DNA of 64,000 nucleotides from Turneriella sp. (lineage in GTDB: Bacteria; Spirochaetota; Leptospiria; Turneriellales; Turneriellaceae): NCBI GenBank assembly GCA_965279515.1, contig CBDIID010000003.1, positions 992,001 through 1,056,000 of the forward strand, in the 5' to 3' direction. The position numbers and the translations under genes are program-made. This document shows, piece after piece, positions 1 to 9,271 of the stretch (within the stretch, counting starts at the first letter, position 1; each line of letters begins with the position of its first letter). The notes beneath the pieces are model-generated. The model was not told the DNA's origin and did not search any database. It saw only the letters and a program-made list of their open reading frames with translations.

Positions 1-1363
1 CGACAACCTCAAGGCTCACAGGAAAAACTGCCACGATGTATTTACCGACAGCAAAAGGTTTCGGCGGCGTGGGTTTTTGACCGGGTTTCAGTGGTTTAAC
101 CGGCGTCGTTGGCACAGGTTGCTCTGATTCGGGGGCGACCTCAGGCTTCACAGCGCTTTGTTCCGCCGCGGCAATGGCAGCATCGTAATTGGCCTGGTCG
201 GGGGTCAGTACCGTCACTGTATCAGCAATGATCTCGCGCGGCGACAGTTCACGGGCAAAACGATAGCGGTGCGCATAACGCTCGGTAAAACGGACCGGCG
301 TTGGGCGGCCCCGGTCCATATCGATGGTCTCGAAGGAGTGATGGAATGCGAAACGGTGGTACGTGACCGAAGGACGGTCGAAATTCACACCTAGACCATC
401 CGGGAACTCTTTCGCCGCTGCGTATTCAAAAGAGAGTTTGGAGCCCTGCACGGTTTCACCGAAACCAACACCCCAGTGGATGGACTTGAAATTATCTGAC
501 CCCATGGACTGGGTAAAACCGCCGCGCACCGCGAGAAAGTGCGCCAGCCAGTACTCAAAACCATAACGCATGCGCGTCGGTACGTTCATGGCGTTAACGG
601 CATCGACATTAAACATGACTTTGTAAGGGAATTGAAGACTCACACCCGCATTGTATTCTTCACGGTTGTCGCCGCGGCTCACTTCATTATCCAACTTCAT
701 GAGCGGATGCAGGTTGCGTGCAGTAAAACCTGCCGACATGCGGGGCAGCCAGCGTAGCGCGTCGCTGTAGTGAGAAGGGTCAAATGTGCCCAGGAGCCCC
801 AAGTCGATGAACAGACCTTTTTGCTGCTGCGGATACACAGCGCCCTGCGGTGAATCCTGAAAATTAGCGCCGAACCATTTGACGTTGATACCTGCATTGA
901 TCTTGCGGATCCATACGGGGGCACCATAAGACAGCCCGGCGATGTAGGAATATTTATTGCGATCGGGCAGCGTGTTGACGCCCTTCTCGGTGTATTCGTT
1001 GTCCTGCGCCCTGTTAAAAACGCCGGTTAAACCCAGACTACCATAAGGCAGTGGAATCGACATCAGTAACGAATGACCCGCGACGTCGTTGGCCGCGCCG
1101 TGGTATGACAAGCCGTACTCCACGTAGTTAATGACTGCAAGCCCGGCAGGATTGTAATAAAGCGCCGAAAGATCGTTGGAATTACCGGTCTGGGCCATGC
1201 CCATACCGTAGGAGCGTACGCCCAGTGGCGTATTGAGCGCAGTTGCTGCCGAAAGCGCCGATACAGAAGCACCATCGGCCTTCGCCGCCGTCAGTACGGA
1301 CAACGGCAACAGGAATAAAAACGCCACCGCAAGAAGAGTTACTGTTTTTTGCGCGTACTTCAC
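1..1363 (-). CDS. UPF0164/PorV-FadL-like outer-membrane beta-barrel protein with a C-terminal extension; runs off the left edge of the window
   Basis: Absent from the ORF track because there is no stop in the window. Manual translation from GTG 1363 gives signal peptide MKYAQKTVTLLAVAFLFLL..., then GVRSYGMGMAQTGNSNDLSALYYNPAGL (FadL/PorV plug motif), amphipathic strands, GFEYWLAHFLAVRGG and a Pro-rich linker. The frame stays open to position 1. Confidence 0.85.
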   Translation of the reverse strand, partial: MKYAQKTVTLLAVAFLFLLPLSVLTAAKADGASVSALSAATALNTPLGVRSYGMGMAQTGNSNDLSALYYNPAGLAVINYVEYGLSYHGAANDVAGHSLLMSIPLPYGSLGLTGVFNRAQDNEYTEKGVNTLPDRNKYSYIAGLSYGAPVWIRKINAGINVKWFGANFQDSPQGAVYPQQQKGLFIDLGLLGTFDPSHYSDALRWLPRMSAGFTARNLHPLMKLDNEVSRGDNREEYNAGVSLQFPYKVMFNVDAVNAMNVPTRMRYGFEYWLAHFLAVRGGFTQSMGSDNFKSIHWGVGFGETVQGSKLSFEYAAAKEFPDGLGVNFDRPSVTYHRFAFHHSFETIDMDRGRPTPVRFTERYAHRYRFARELSPREIIADTVTVLTPDQANYDAAIAAAEQSAVKPEVAPESEQPVPTTPVKPLKPGQKPTPPKPFAVGKYIVAVFPVSLEVV

Positions 1364-1503
1364 GATAGCAGTTTGCCCAAGCCGACAGCTTATGGCCAGT
1401 GACGAACTCGTCAATCAAAAAGACGCGACTACGCTGCGTTCCGGACATTTTTTTATTTTTTCATTGTGCTTTACTGCGCGCGTCGGCATGGCTCACTGCC
1501 TGA

Positions 1504-2634
1504 GTGCAAATCCTGCGCGCCATTGCGGGAAAATTTTTCGCCTTCTTTATAATAGCCCTCGCTGCGGGACATCCGACTTTTGCTCTCTACCAGGAATACC
1601 AATTGGCGGGCAGTATCGCCTCGGGGGGCGGTTATAGTTTTGGGACTGGGCAATACCGCCTATATGCAAACCAGGCTTTGCTGAAAAAAGATTTTTTGGG
1701 ATTCGAATACGATCTCGATAGCTTCTATGCCGATTATGGTTATGCGATCGCCGATTCTTTTCGCGTCGGCGTCAGCGGCAAGGCGCATATCTTCGACTAC
1801 CAGAATCTCAACCACATTGTCGACCCCGCGACGGGCGAAGAGCTCAAGGCGGTTTCGCTGAACTCGCCTTTTTACCGCGGCCAGGGTTATGCCGAGGCGC
1901 GCTACAAAAACCTCGCACTGCGCTACTCGGCAGGCGCGCAAAAATATCTGCTCGCCAAACGCGAGACAGCAAACAACACGCTGACCGTAGAGGCACCGGG
2001 CGCGATGTTTGTCCACAATGCGGCCCTGGGTTATTGGGATATCCAGCAGATCAAGCCGTATGCTTTCACGGGCATGGCGGCATACCTGAGCGTCGAGGAG
2101 CACCGCCTTTCTTCTTTATATGTCTGGCAGTCTGCCGGTACGAACTTGTCGGCGTCGCGCTCACAGGTGACCACACACGAGCTGCATGTCCGCGCCGGTA
2201 CACAGCTCGATGGCGATAGCGTTAAACTCATGGCTGCCATACGCGCAGGCGCGACGAATTTTGCCCTGCCCGGTGAAGCGCCGGATGTCATCGAATCGTT
2301 TTCGATCGGCGGCCCGGAGAACCGATACCGCCGTGTCGCAGGTTATGCGTTTTCCGAATTCCGTGTGCCGGCATTCGGCATTGTGAACCTCGACGCGATA
2401 ATCCGCATGGGCGGACCCGTCCATCTCTGGCTCGTCGCCGATGCTGCGCTCTTCGACCGCGAATACAATGCGCGGCGTTTCCATGCCGGTGCCGGTGCCG
2501 GCCTCATTGTCGATTTGCCCGACGGCATGCTCGGCGGCCGCAGCGCTTTTTTCTCACGCATCGAAATGCCCTTCTTTGCCGCAGGCAGCGGGCGTTTCCA
2601 GATTTTTCTTGGGCTGAACGGACAGATATTCTGA
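1504..2634 (+). CDS. Outer-membrane beta-barrel, Omp85/BamA-barrel-like, with no POTRA domains
   Basis: Signal peptide, alternating strands, FSIGG...RRVAGY loop resembling the Omp85 VRGY lid, and a C-terminal beta-signal ending in F. Confidence 0.65.
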   Translation: MQILRAIAGKFFAFFIIALAAGHPTFALYQEYQLAGSIASGGGYSFGTGQYRLYANQALLKKDFLGFEYDLDSFYADYGYAIADSFRVGVSGKAHIFDYQNLNHIVDPATGEELKAVSLNSPFYRGQGYAEARYKNLALRYSAGAQKYLLAKRETANNTLTVEAPGAMFVHNAALGYWDIQQIKPYAFTGMAAYLSVEEHRLSSLYVWQSAGTNLSASRSQVTTHELHVRAGTQLDGDSVKLMAAIRAGATNFALPGEAPDVIESFSIGGPENRYRRVAGYAFSEFRVPAFGIVNLDAIIRMGGPVHLWLVADAALFDREYNARRFHAGAGAGLIVDLPDGMLGGRSAFFSRIEMPFFAAGSGRFQIFLGLNGQIF

Positions 2635-2635
2635 T

Positions 2636-3712
2636 ATGATCGATAAACAAATACGGACAATTCTCGACGCCACTCTCGGCGGCCGGCGCATGACACCCGA
2701 AGAGGCGCTCTACCTCTGGCGCCACGGGGATTTCAAAGATTTAGGCAATGCGGCGCATGAAGTGCGCAACCGCATCAATCCACCTGCCGAGGTTTCTTAC
2801 ACCGCATTCCGCGTTGTCAACTACACGAACTACTGCAACGTCGAATGCAGCTTCTGCTCCTTTATGGATGAAGTGGGTTCGGGAAAGGGTTATAACCTGG
2901 ACATCGAGACGATCCTGAATAAAGTCGAAGAAGCCATCAGGCTCGATTCGCCCCAGCTTTTTCTACAGGGCGGAGTGAACCCTGAGCTGCCGATGGCCTA
3001 CTACACAGACACGCTCCGGGCGGTGCGCGAAAAATTTCCGCAGGTGCATATCCGCGCTTTTTCACCGGTGGAAGTCCTCTTTATGGAGTCGCTGACGCAG
3101 CAGCCGCTGCGCGACGTTTTTAAGCAGCTCAAGGCCGCGGGCATGCACAGCTTCCCGGGGGCCGGCGCCGAAATACTCACCGACCGTATGCGCGACATTC
3201 TTTCCCCGAAGAAGGCCTCGACCAGCGAGTGGCTGCGCGCGATGCAGACAGCCGAAGAATCGGGGCTGAAGAGCTCGACGAATATTGTCTGGGGCAGCGA
3301 AGAGCATGACGATGAGATCATTGAACATCTCGCGCACCTGCGGACTCTGCAGGATAAAACCGGCGGGGTACTGTCGTTTGTGCCCTGGACTTTCCAGGCG
3401 CAGACCAAAGGCTTCAAACTGCGCAAAGTGCCGCCGCATGAGTACCTGAAGATGGTCGCGCTGTCGCGCCTGTTCTTTGACAATATCCCACACATTGAAG
3501 TGTCGATCATGGTTGCCGGCAAGCAACTGGGCGAACTCGCCCTCCACTTCGGCGCAGATGATATCAACTCACCGGTCATCGAAGAAAATGTGCTGCGCTC
3601 GTTCGGCCTGAAAAGCACTGCAGAATCCAAACAATTTATTGAAGAGGCCGGCTTCACACCGATTCGGCGCAGCTTTAGTTATGTTCGCGGCCAGGCCTCA
3701 GACATGGGGTAA
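2636..3712 (+). CDS. mqnC: CofH/MqnC-family radical SAM enzyme (cyclic dehypoxanthine futalosine synthase-like)
   Basis: NYTNYCNVECSFC (CxxxCxxC), LQGG, HIRAFSPVE, PGAGAEIL, SFVPWTFQ, FGADD..S...EENV. Confidence 0.8.
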   Translation: MIDKQIRTILDATLGGRRMTPEEALYLWRHGDFKDLGNAAHEVRNRINPPAEVSYTAFRVVNYTNYCNVECSFCSFMDEVGSGKGYNLDIETILNKVEEAIRLDSPQLFLQGGVNPELPMAYYTDTLRAVREKFPQVHIRAFSPVEVLFMESLTQQPLRDVFKQLKAAGMHSFPGAGAEILTDRMRDILSPKKASTSEWLRAMQTAEESGLKSSTNIVWGSEEHDDEIIEHLAHLRTLQDKTGGVLSFVPWTFQAQTKGFKLRKVPPHEYLKMVALSRLFFDNIPHIEVSIMVAGKQLGELALHFGADDINSPVIEENVLRSFGLKSTAESKQFIEEAGFTPIRRSFSYVRGQASDMG

Positions 3713-3830
3713 ATCCCCACTATTGGGGATATGCGGCATTTTGCCGTACAGAATTTAGAAAAACACATTTACAGTAGGAATATACCGGTCCAGAGTTGCG
3801 GCCGGTGCTTGGACAACACCACAACATCAT

Positions 3831-5006
3831 ATGACAATATTTAAATACACGATTGCGTTATGGATTATTTCTTTATTGCCGGGGCTCGCCGCCGACGGTC
3901 GTTTTGTTTCCATGCACGGCAAAGTGCAGGTATTCGAAAAGGGCCGCTGGGCGAAGGCCGAGCTCACCAGCAAGATCACCGAGCAGTCGAGCGTCCAGGT
4001 GGGTTACCGCAGTGGTGCAATCGTTGGCCTTCAGGATGGTAGCCAGATTGCGATGAAGCCGAACAGCGTGGTGAGCTTCAATTATCTCGGTACAGACATC
4101 AACAAACCCAAATCGGAGATTTTCGTCGTGCAGGGTGGTTTAAGTGCCTTCGTAAAAAAACCCGAGGGGAATGCAAAGCATGTCTTCCATATACGCACAC
4201 CGAGCATGATCGTCGGCGTGCGCGGCTCGTTCATGGAACTCTCCAAAAACGGCGAACAGCACCATGTGACGGCAGTGCAATCACCAGCGTTTATAAAGAA
4301 CGATCCGACCGCGGCGACAACGCGCGAACGCCTGCAGAAGGCATTTGCTGTTTTAGAGCGCGCCTACCTTATGGACCGCGATGAAAAATTGCGTGTCGAA
4401 CGGCGCATTCGTGAAGCCAAGGTTGCTGAAGATGCCGAGGCGCTGCGCACCGTTGTAAATCCAACTCTGGCGACGCCGGAGATTAAAGAAGGTATCAGGG
4501 AAATCAACAACCATAAAATCTTAACAAAAGAACTGCTGATTCGGCAGAAGCAGATCTATTCGACAGATGCTTCCGATCGCCGGGAAATCATCAAGGTACT
4601 ATTTTCTGTGCGGGCTCTCACCTTGTTGCAGCTGGCATGGGCTGAAGCTGCATACAGGGCCGAACTCGACGCCTATCTCATCGCGCAAAAGACACAGGAA
4701 AAGAAAAAACAGGATACGGAAGAAGACGACGAACAATTTTTGAATACCATCGGCCTGACAATGATTCCCCAGGGCGATTCCGCTTCGGCCTCGGGCGATA
4801 TCAAAGGGCCCCTCTTTCAAAGAACCTTCGATTCACGCGCCGAGCGCAACTATTCGTCGGGCAGCTCGTCTGCTGAGAGCAGCTTTCTGGGCGGCAACAC
4901 CGACTCGCAGGCCGGTTTCGGCAACGATGTACAGGGCCTCTATAATTCCATCAACTCAGTCACACAACCGTCAGACGTCGGCGGACCTACCTTACAGAAA
5001 TTCTAA
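3831..5006 (+). CDS. Secreted FecR-domain protein with a large helical insertion
   Basis: Signal peptide; FecR-like beta motifs DGSQIAMKPNS, VVQGGL and IRTPSMIVGVRG; a charged helical segment follows. Confidence 0.75.
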   Translation: MTIFKYTIALWIISLLPGLAADGRFVSMHGKVQVFEKGRWAKAELTSKITEQSSVQVGYRSGAIVGLQDGSQIAMKPNSVVSFNYLGTDINKPKSEIFVVQGGLSAFVKKPEGNAKHVFHIRTPSMIVGVRGSFMELSKNGEQHHVTAVQSPAFIKNDPTAATTRERLQKAFAVLERAYLMDRDEKLRVERRIREAKVAEDAEALRTVVNPTLATPEIKEGIREINNHKILTKELLIRQKQIYSTDASDRREIIKVLFSVRALTLLQLAWAEAAYRAELDAYLIAQKTQEKKKQDTEEDDEQFLNTIGLTMIPQGDSASASGDIKGPLFQRTFDSRAERNYSSGSSSAESSFLGGNTDSQAGFGNDVQGLYNSINSVTQPSDVGGPTLQKF

Positions 5007-5051
5007 CATGGAAGACCGTCAGTTAAAAGCGAGATTTCATGGGAGAATTCA

Positions 5052-8000
5052 ATGCGTAGAATAATATTCTTTATCACTCTTGCAACGGTCGTTCTGGCAT
5101 GCGCCAAAAAAACTGTTCCCGGGTCGTCGCTGCGGGGGCTCGCCAAGCTCCAGTTAAACGGCGGCGCGGCCATCTCGCAGCCGGTTTCCGACGAATATAG
5201 TCCATACGTACTGCAGATGGGGGACAATTACCTCATGTTAGTGTTTGGTTCGAACCGGAGCTGCGGCAGCTGCAGCGGGCATAACCTTTTTGTGTCCCGC
5301 TCTGTTTCGCCGTACGCGAACGATAAGGTCTTTCCGGCATTCGAGTCGCCTGCTATCCTCACTATCTCGGCAGCGCCGCTCAATTTTAGCAACCGGATTA
5401 ACTTCGCTGTCGCAGCAGCCGGCAATAACCTGCGCATCTATCTCACAAATGCCGGCGGTGTGATTCAGGTGACACCCAACATTCCGCCCAATGCGCCCTA
5501 TGATACAACGCTTTTGACAATACCGAATACCGCCGGGCAGACCGCAACAGTCGTCGGTGTGGAGTTTGCCAACACTAAACTCTATGCACGGCAGAACGGA
5601 ACAGTTTACTCTTTCGAGCCGACTGTTGCCGCTGGGCCACTCACTGCAATGGCAACGGGCCAGACAGCCACCTCAGTGGCCAGCGTCGACGGCGCGTATA
5701 CATCCCGCTATGATGGTTTCTTTTCACTCATCGACGGCACAATCACTAGCATGTCGCTCTACGGCAATGGTGGTAATTTGGTGTCGGTAAATACCGCTGT
5801 GGCGAAAGCGCGCCTGAGCGCCCGACACGTCAGCGTTATGAATGGCGGAGGGTTTGGCGGCGCCTTAATGTTTGTTTCAGGCCAGGAAGCCGGCGAGACG
5901 AGTGAAGATATGTATGTCGTGGATGGTCTGACTGTCTACCAGATGTGGCAGGAGATAAATCCCAAGCCGCCGGGAGCCCCGGACGGTGGTTCAACTCCGG
6001 TCGCAACCGCAACGGCCGACCCTGCCTTTTCTCCCGTGGCTGGGCACTATGGTATGCCCATATCTGTCACGATGACTTCGACAACGACAGGCGCAACGAT
6101 ATGCTACACGACCGATGGAGTAACTGACCCGGCGTGCAGCGCAACGGCAACTTGTATAACGAGTAGCACTTACTCCACTCCGGTTTCTGTGACTTATACG
6201 ACGGCAAATTTCAGGACGCGTGCCTGTAAGGTTGGCCTGACAGATTCGGCGGTGATCTCTGCAACGCATGTTTCAGACGGCACGCAGCCAAGCACACCGG
6301 GTTCACCGGTCGCCGATGGCACCACCTCTTCGCAGGTACAACTCAGCTGGACTGCCTCAACCGACGCCGCAACCCCGCAACCACAACTGGTTTATGAAAT
6401 CTGCCAGACAACGATCAACAACGGCTGTAACACATTCACAGCGACCTTCACAAGCTCTGCCGGGGCGACTTCGTATAACTCGAATGGATTATCTGCTTCG
6501 ACCACGTATTATTACCGCATCCGCTCGCGCGATTTGGCAGGTAACACCAGCGGTTATACCGGTCAGTTAACAGCAGCAACCCTTACCGCTCCGACGGTCA
6601 ATACGCCGACCTTCAATCCGGTTGCAGGCACTTACAATGCAACCCAGAATGTCACGATCAGTACGACCACGGGCTCTGCGCTTCTATGCTACACGACCGA
6701 CGGCAGCACTCCTGCTTGCAACGCCACACCGACGTGTACAACCGGAACCACATATAGCAGCGCCGTAAATATCGCCGCGACGGCTACACTCCGCGCAATC
6801 GGCTGCCGCAATGGTTATACGAATTCATCGGTTACGGCGGGAGGGTATACAATCGACACTACGGCGCCTGTCATTACCGGCACCGCCCCCATAACGGGTG
6901 CGACAGTTTCGAATACGCAGGTCAGCTATTCCGTGGACGAAACTTGCGCCTCAGGAAACATAACATGGACGTGGACAGGGGGTACGCCGGATGGTGGCCC
7001 GCATATCAGATCTTTAGTCGGGGGTGAGCTAACCTCAGGCAGTCACAACAGTATTACCCTGACAAACAATCCCACATTGGTTTCCGGGGCAGTATATTCA
7101 GTTTCTTTTAACTGTACGGACGCAGCCGGGAACGCCGCTACGACGGTCACCAGTACAAACGTGACTCATTCGGCTTCTGGTGGTACGACATGGACGGGAC
7201 GAACCATGCCTAGTGCTGCCGATTGGCGTTCGGTCACTTATGGGAATGGAGTATTCGTGTCCGTTGCCGCTGGCACAAGTACCAAAGCCGCAACCTCGCC
7301 AGATGGCATAACCTGGACAGCAAGAACTCTACCCGGTGCCGCGAATGAATGGTATTCCGTCACGTACGGAAACGGCGTCTTCGTTGCGATAACGCAAGGT
7401 AGTACTGCAGCCGCGACATCGCCTGACGGTATTACCTGGACGGCGCGCACTCTACCGAGCGCTGCTAATTGGATTTCAGTTACCTATGGAAACGGCGTTT
7501 TTGTCGTCGTCGCAAACAACAGCACCGCAGCGGCAACATCACCCAATGGCATTACCTGGACGGCGCGCACTCTGCCTGTCTCTACTCCATGGAGATCGGT
7601 GACTTACGGTAATGGAATGTTTGCCGCCGTTTCTGACGGGCCAAGCACAATTGCGGCAAGCTCCCCAGATGGAGTTACATGGACGCAGAGAACTTTGCCA
7701 AGTTCCCGACAATGGTACTCCGTAACATATGGGAACGGCGTTTTTGCGGCGATTGCCTTGTCGAGTAACTCGGCAGCCACGTCAACGGACGGCATTACTT
7801 GGGCTGCAAGGACTTTACCCAGCTCTACGACATGGTGTGCCGTAACTTACGGGAATGGCATCTTTGCGGCTGTAGCGCAAGCCACCACTACGGCGGCAAC
7901 CTCAACAGACGGAATCACCTGGACAGCCCGAACATTGCCAAGCTCTGCTTCATGGTCTTCGGTTGCTTATGGAAATGGCATGTTTGCCGCTGTGAGTATT

Positions 8001-9242
8001 TTTGGTACCGGCGCCGCAAGCTCGCCCAATCCGGACACGACACCACCGACAATGGTCAGTATTAATCCGACCGATTCGGCAAATAATATTTCAGCTGGCA
8101 CGAGTGTGCAGATAGCTTTCAACGAAACGATTAACGCCGGAACGATTTCAGCAACGACAAGTGCCACATGTACCGGTACGCTTCAGCTTTCCGCTGACAA
8201 CTTCTCGACCTGTGTTCCGATGAGCAGCACTATACCCACACCTTCCGGCAACGATACAATCTTCACCATGACACCAACAAATTTATTAGCCGTATCCACC
8301 ACCTATAAAGTGCGAATAACCAATGGTGTTCTAGATAGCTCAGGCAATGCCATGGTTCTCTATACGCAAGGTACTGGTTTCACCACCAGAAGTACTCTCC
8401 CCGGAGAATCCTGGACTGCCCGGACATTACCGAGCTCCGCGAACTGGCGCTCCGTTGCATATGGAAACGGAACTTTTGTTGCCGTAGCAACAGGGAGTAC
8501 CAACGCCGCGACCTCAACCAACGGGATCACGTGGACGGCGCGCACACTACCCAGCGCACTGAGTTGGTATTCCGTCACGTACGGAAACGGGACTTTCGTC
8601 GCCGTAGCAAATGGCAGTAATGTCGCAGCAACTTCGCCAGACGGCATCACATGGACCTCCCGCACTTTACCTAGTTCCACAGGCTGGGCATCGGTCACAT
8701 ATGGTAACGGAGTCTTCGTCACTACAGCGTCGGGTAGCAACGCCGCCGCAACTTCTAGCGATGGTATCACCTGGACTGCACGCACACTACCCAGTTCAAC
8801 GGCATGGATTTCTGTCACTTACGGAAATGGGGTTTTTGTCGTTGTAGCTTATAATACAACCTCCGCTGCGACGTCCCCCGATGGTATCACATGGACAGCC
8901 CGTACGCTACCGGGCTCCGCCGCATGGATTTCAATCGCTTATGGCAATGGAGCTTTTATAGCCGTACCTTACGGAGGCGGCGTTGCGCTTAGATCCACCG
9001 ACGGGATAACATGGACGCAACCAAGTTTGCCCACCTCAAGTGGCTGGTCTTCGGTAGCCTACGGAAACGGTGTATTCGTCGCGGTTGCTGAAGGTGTGAC
9101 GATCGGCGCAACCTCTCCGGATGGCATTTCGTGGACACAACGCACCATTCCCAATGGATTCTGGCTGGGAGTTACTTACGGAAATAATATCTTCGTATCC
9201 GTTGCTCAAGGACCTAGCACGGCGGCCGCCACTTCACCGTAA
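5052..9242 (+). CDS. Large surface lipoprotein: N-terminal domain, two CHB_HEX_C/Fn3-associated-like domains, Fn3, Ig-like domains and two 7-repeat Asp-box beta-propellers
   Basis: Lipobox VVLAC; two P.F.P..G.Y...CYTTDG..P repeats; Fn3 motifs LSWTASTD...GLSASTTYYYRIRSRD; Big_5-like DTTPP...P.....LAVSTTYKV; 14 copies of WxSVTYGNGxFVAV..AATSPDGITWTARTLP. Confidence 0.85.
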   Translation: MRRIIFFITLATVVLACAKKTVPGSSLRGLAKLQLNGGAAISQPVSDEYSPYVLQMGDNYLMLVFGSNRSCGSCSGHNLFVSRSVSPYANDKVFPAFESPAILTISAAPLNFSNRINFAVAAAGNNLRIYLTNAGGVIQVTPNIPPNAPYDTTLLTIPNTAGQTATVVGVEFANTKLYARQNGTVYSFEPTVAAGPLTAMATGQTATSVASVDGAYTSRYDGFFSLIDGTITSMSLYGNGGNLVSVNTAVAKARLSARHVSVMNGGGFGGALMFVSGQEAGETSEDMYVVDGLTVYQMWQEINPKPPGAPDGGSTPVATATADPAFSPVAGHYGMPISVTMTSTTTGATICYTTDGVTDPACSATATCITSSTYSTPVSVTYTTANFRTRACKVGLTDSAVISATHVSDGTQPSTPGSPVADGTTSSQVQLSWTASTDAATPQPQLVYEICQTTINNGCNTFTATFTSSAGATSYNSNGLSASTTYYYRIRSRDLAGNTSGYTGQLTAATLTAPTVNTPTFNPVAGTYNATQNVTISTTTGSALLCYTTDGSTPACNATPTCTTGTTYSSAVNIAATATLRAIGCRNGYTNSSVTAGGYTIDTTAPVITGTAPITGATVSNTQVSYSVDETCASGNITWTWTGGTPDGGPHIRSLVGGELTSGSHNSITLTNNPTLVSGAVYSVSFNCTDAAGNAATTVTSTNVTHSASGGTTWTGRTMPSAADWRSVTYGNGVFVSVAAGTSTKAATSPDGITWTARTLPGAANEWYSVTYGNGVFVAITQGSTAAATSPDGITWTARTLPSAANWISVTYGNGVFVVVANNSTAAATSPNGITWTARTLPVSTPWRSVTYGNGMFAAVSDGPSTIAASSPDGVTWTQRTLPSSRQWYSVTYGNGVFAAIALSSNSAATSTDGITWAARTLPSSTTWCAVTYGNGIFAAVAQATTTAATSTDGITWTARTLPSSASWSSVAYGNGMFAAVSIFGTGAASSPNPDTTPPTMVSINPTDSANNISAGTSVQIAFNETINAGTISATTSATCTGTLQLSADNFSTCVPMSSTIPTPSGNDTIFTMTPTNLLAVSTTYKVRITNGVLDSSGNAMVLYTQGTGFTTRSTLPGESWTARTLPSSANWRSVAYGNGTFVAVATGSTNAATSTNGITWTARTLPSALSWYSVTYGNGTFVAVANGSNVAATSPDGITWTSRTLPSSTGWASVTYGNGVFVTTASGSNAAATSSDGITWTARTLPSSTAWISVTYGNGVFVVVAYNTTSAATSPDGITWTARTLPGSAAWISIAYGNGAFIAVPYGGGVALRSTDGITWTQPSLPTSSGWSSVAYGNGVFVAVAEGVTIGATSPDGISWTQRTIPNGFWLGVTYGNNIFVSVAQGPSTAAATSP
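7191..8027 (+). repeat. Coding tandem repeat, 7 units of about 120 nt (40-aa propeller blades), array 1
   Basis: Seven YGNG-containing units counted in the translation. Confidence 0.9.
8412..9239 (+). repeat. Coding tandem repeat, 7 units of about 120 nt (40-aa propeller blades), array 2
   Basis: Seven YGN(G/N)-containing units counted in the translation, ending at the stop codon. Confidence 0.9.
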
Positions 9243-9271
9243 AGGATACTGAAAGTTTACCGGACAACAAA

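Noticed and set aside
1182..1448. 88-aa minus-strand ORF, and other short ORFs in 158-1637
   Set aside because: They overlap the real barrel gene, either out of frame or antisense.
3713..3830. Riboswitch or ncRNA upstream of the FecR-like gene
   Set aside because: Only two short hairpins (ATCCCCA/TGGGGAT and CGGCA/TGCCG); no recognisable aptamer consensus.
7191..9239. Tandem repeats as a CRISPR array or diversity-generating retroelement target
   Set aside because: The repeats are in-frame protein repeats diverged at synonymous sites. There are no unique spacers, no cas or reverse-transcriptase gene, and no adenine-specific template/variable pair.
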